A DNA stretch of 557 bases from Escherichia coli (GTDB taxonomy: Bacteria > Pseudomonadota > Gammaproteobacteria > Enterobacterales > Enterobacteriaceae): the NCBI RefSeq assembly GCF_003334815.1, contig NZ_QOWO01000128.1; one strand, given 5' to 3'. Below, in pieces: positions 1-557 of the stretch (the first letter of the stretch is position 1; the number at the start of each line of letters is the position of its first letter). The notes beneath the pieces are model-generated. The model saw nothing but the letters and a program-made list of their open reading frames with translations, did no database searches and was not told the origin of the DNA. The position numbers and the translations under genes are program-made.

Positions 1-57
1 GTCCTTCATCGCCTCTGACTGCCAGGGCATCCACCGTGTACGCTTAGTCGCTTAACC
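1..57 (-). rRNA. rrl: 23S ribosomal RNA, 5' end only (gene continues beyond the left edge of the window)
   Basis: The reverse complement of 1..57 reads GGTTAAGCGACTAAGCGTACACGGTGGATGCCCTGGCAGTCAGAGGCGATGAAGGAC, which matches the canonical 5' end of enterobacterial 23S rRNA as I recall it. The mature 5' end (GGTTAAG) falls at position 57. Boundary is from memory of the mature end, not from mapping. Confidence 0.93.
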
Positions 58-231
58 TCACAACCCGAAGATGTTTCACTTCAGAGTTGCGAAAATTTGA
101 GAGACTCACGAACAACTTTCGTTGTTCAGTGTTTCAATTTTCAGCTTGATCCAGATTTTTAAAGAGCAAAACTTCGCAGTGAACCTTTGCAGGTACACTC
201 TGAAGTATTTTTTATTTAATCACTACAGAGA
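58..231 (-). other. Transcribed spacer between tRNA-Ala and 23S rRNA (distal part of the 16S-23S ITS)
   Basis: Lies between the tRNA-Ala 3' end (232) and the 23S 5' end (57). AT-rich, with no ORF carrying a plausible start and ribosome-binding site on either strand. Contains the boxA-like motif and a tetraloop hairpin listed separately. Confidence 0.9.
156..168 (-). promoter_or_regulatory. boxA-like rRNA antitermination element in the spacer
   Basis: The reverse complement of 156..168 is TGCTCTTTAAAAA, which closely resembles the rrn boxA consensus (GCTCTTTAACAA), the NusB/NusE-binding element of the rRNA antitermination system. A spacer copy of boxA between the tRNA genes and 23S is a known feature of E. 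coli rrn operons. Exact extent is approximate. Confidence 0.6.
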
Positions 232-307
232 TGGTGGAGCTATGCGGGATCGAACCGCAGACCTCCTGCGTGCAAAGCAGGCGCTCTCCCAGCTGAGCTA
301 TAGCCCC
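232..307 (-). tRNA. alaT: tRNA-Ala, anticodon UGC, 76 nt, CCA encoded
   Basis: The reverse complement of 232..307 is GGGGCTATAGCTCAGCTGGGAGAGCGCCTGCTTTGCACGCAGGAGGTCTGCGGTTCGATCCCGCATAGCTCCACCA. It has the G3:U70 identity pair of tRNA-Ala, a D-loop (AGCTGGGAGAGC), anticodon TGC (plus-strand GCA at 272..274), a T-arm (GGTTCGATCC) and a 3' CCA. This matches the E. coli spacer tRNA-Ala(UGC). The paralogue (alaT, alaU or alaV) cannot be told apart from this window; the symbol is the family representative. Confidence 0.97.
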
Positions 308-349
308 ATAACATGTAGTTAAAACCTCTTCAAATTTGCCGTGCAAATT
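308..349 (-). other. Short spacer between tRNA-Ile and tRNA-Ala
   Basis: 42 nt between the two tRNA genes. Contains an 8-bp inverted repeat (332..339 pairing with 343..350) that abuts the tRNA-Ile 3' end. Confidence 0.9.
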
Positions 350-426
<77 letters not shown>

Positions 427-494
427 GTAGAGGTTTTACTGCTCATTTTCATCAGACAATCTGTGTGAGCACTGCAAAGTACGCTTCTTTAAGG
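427..494 (-). other. Transcribed spacer between 16S rRNA and tRNA-Ile (proximal part of the ITS)
   Basis: The reverse complement begins CCTTAAAGAAGCGTACTTTGCAGTGCTCACACAGATTGTCTGATGAAAATGAGCAG, directly after the 16S 3' terminus. This matches the enterobacterial ITS sequence that forms one half of the 16S RNase III processing stem. Confidence 0.9.
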
Positions 495-557
495 TAAGGA
501 GGTGATCCAACCGCAGGTTCCCCTACGGTTACCTTGTTACGACTTCACCCCAGTCAT
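495..557 (-). rRNA. rrs: 16S ribosomal RNA, 3' end only (gene continues beyond the right edge of the window)
   Basis: The reverse complement of 495..557 is ATGACTGGGGTGAAGTCGTAACAAGGTAACCGTAGGGGAACCTGCGGTTGGATCACCTCCTTA. This is the universally conserved 16S 3' domain: the binding site of the 1492R universal primer, helix 45, and the anti-Shine-Dalgarno CCTCC (plus-strand GGAGG at 498..502). The mature 3' end is at position 495. Confidence 0.96.

Noticed and set aside
67-82. Imperfect short inverted repeat (gaag...cttc) just upstream of the 23S 5' end as a discrete regulatory hairpin
   Set aside because: It has only 4 bp of clean pairing with mismatches inside, and is more likely part of the longer RNase III processing helix whose partner lies outside the window.
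110-127. The GAAA-tetraloop hairpin as a Rho-independent terminator
   Set aside because: There is no U-tract immediately 3' of the stem on the transcribed strand, and it sits in the middle of a transcription unit upstream of 23S.
122-322. 66-aa ORF on the plus strand as a small protein-coding gene
   Set aside because: It is entirely antisense to the ITS and tRNA-Ala, has no ribosome-binding site, and has AT-biased low-complexity composition. It is explained as a chance open frame in a conserved RNA locus.
495-508. Plus-strand TAAGGAGGTGATCC, which looks like a very strong Shine-Dalgarno sequence
   Set aside because: It is the reverse complement of the 16S rRNA 3' tail (the anti-SD itself). 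No start codon follows at proper spacing on the plus strand, and the region is inside the rrs gene on the opposite strand.

Overview
This window is the minus-strand image of a ribosomal RNA operon internal transcribed spacer region of the enterobacterial (Escherichia coli-like) type. Read right to left it contains the 3' end of 16S rRNA (495..557), tRNA-Ile(GAU) (350..426), tRNA-Ala(UGC) (232..307), a spacer carrying a boxA-like antitermination motif and a GAAA-tetraloop hairpin, and the 5' end of 23S rRNA (1..57). The single ORF in the six-frame track (122..322, +) is antisense to tRNA-Ala and the spacer and is a translation artefact. I see no protein-coding gene, mobile element, CRISPR array or novel system here; this is a highly conserved, well-described housekeeping locus. 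All assignments rest on recalled canonical sequences and on base pairing visible in the window, since no searches could be run.
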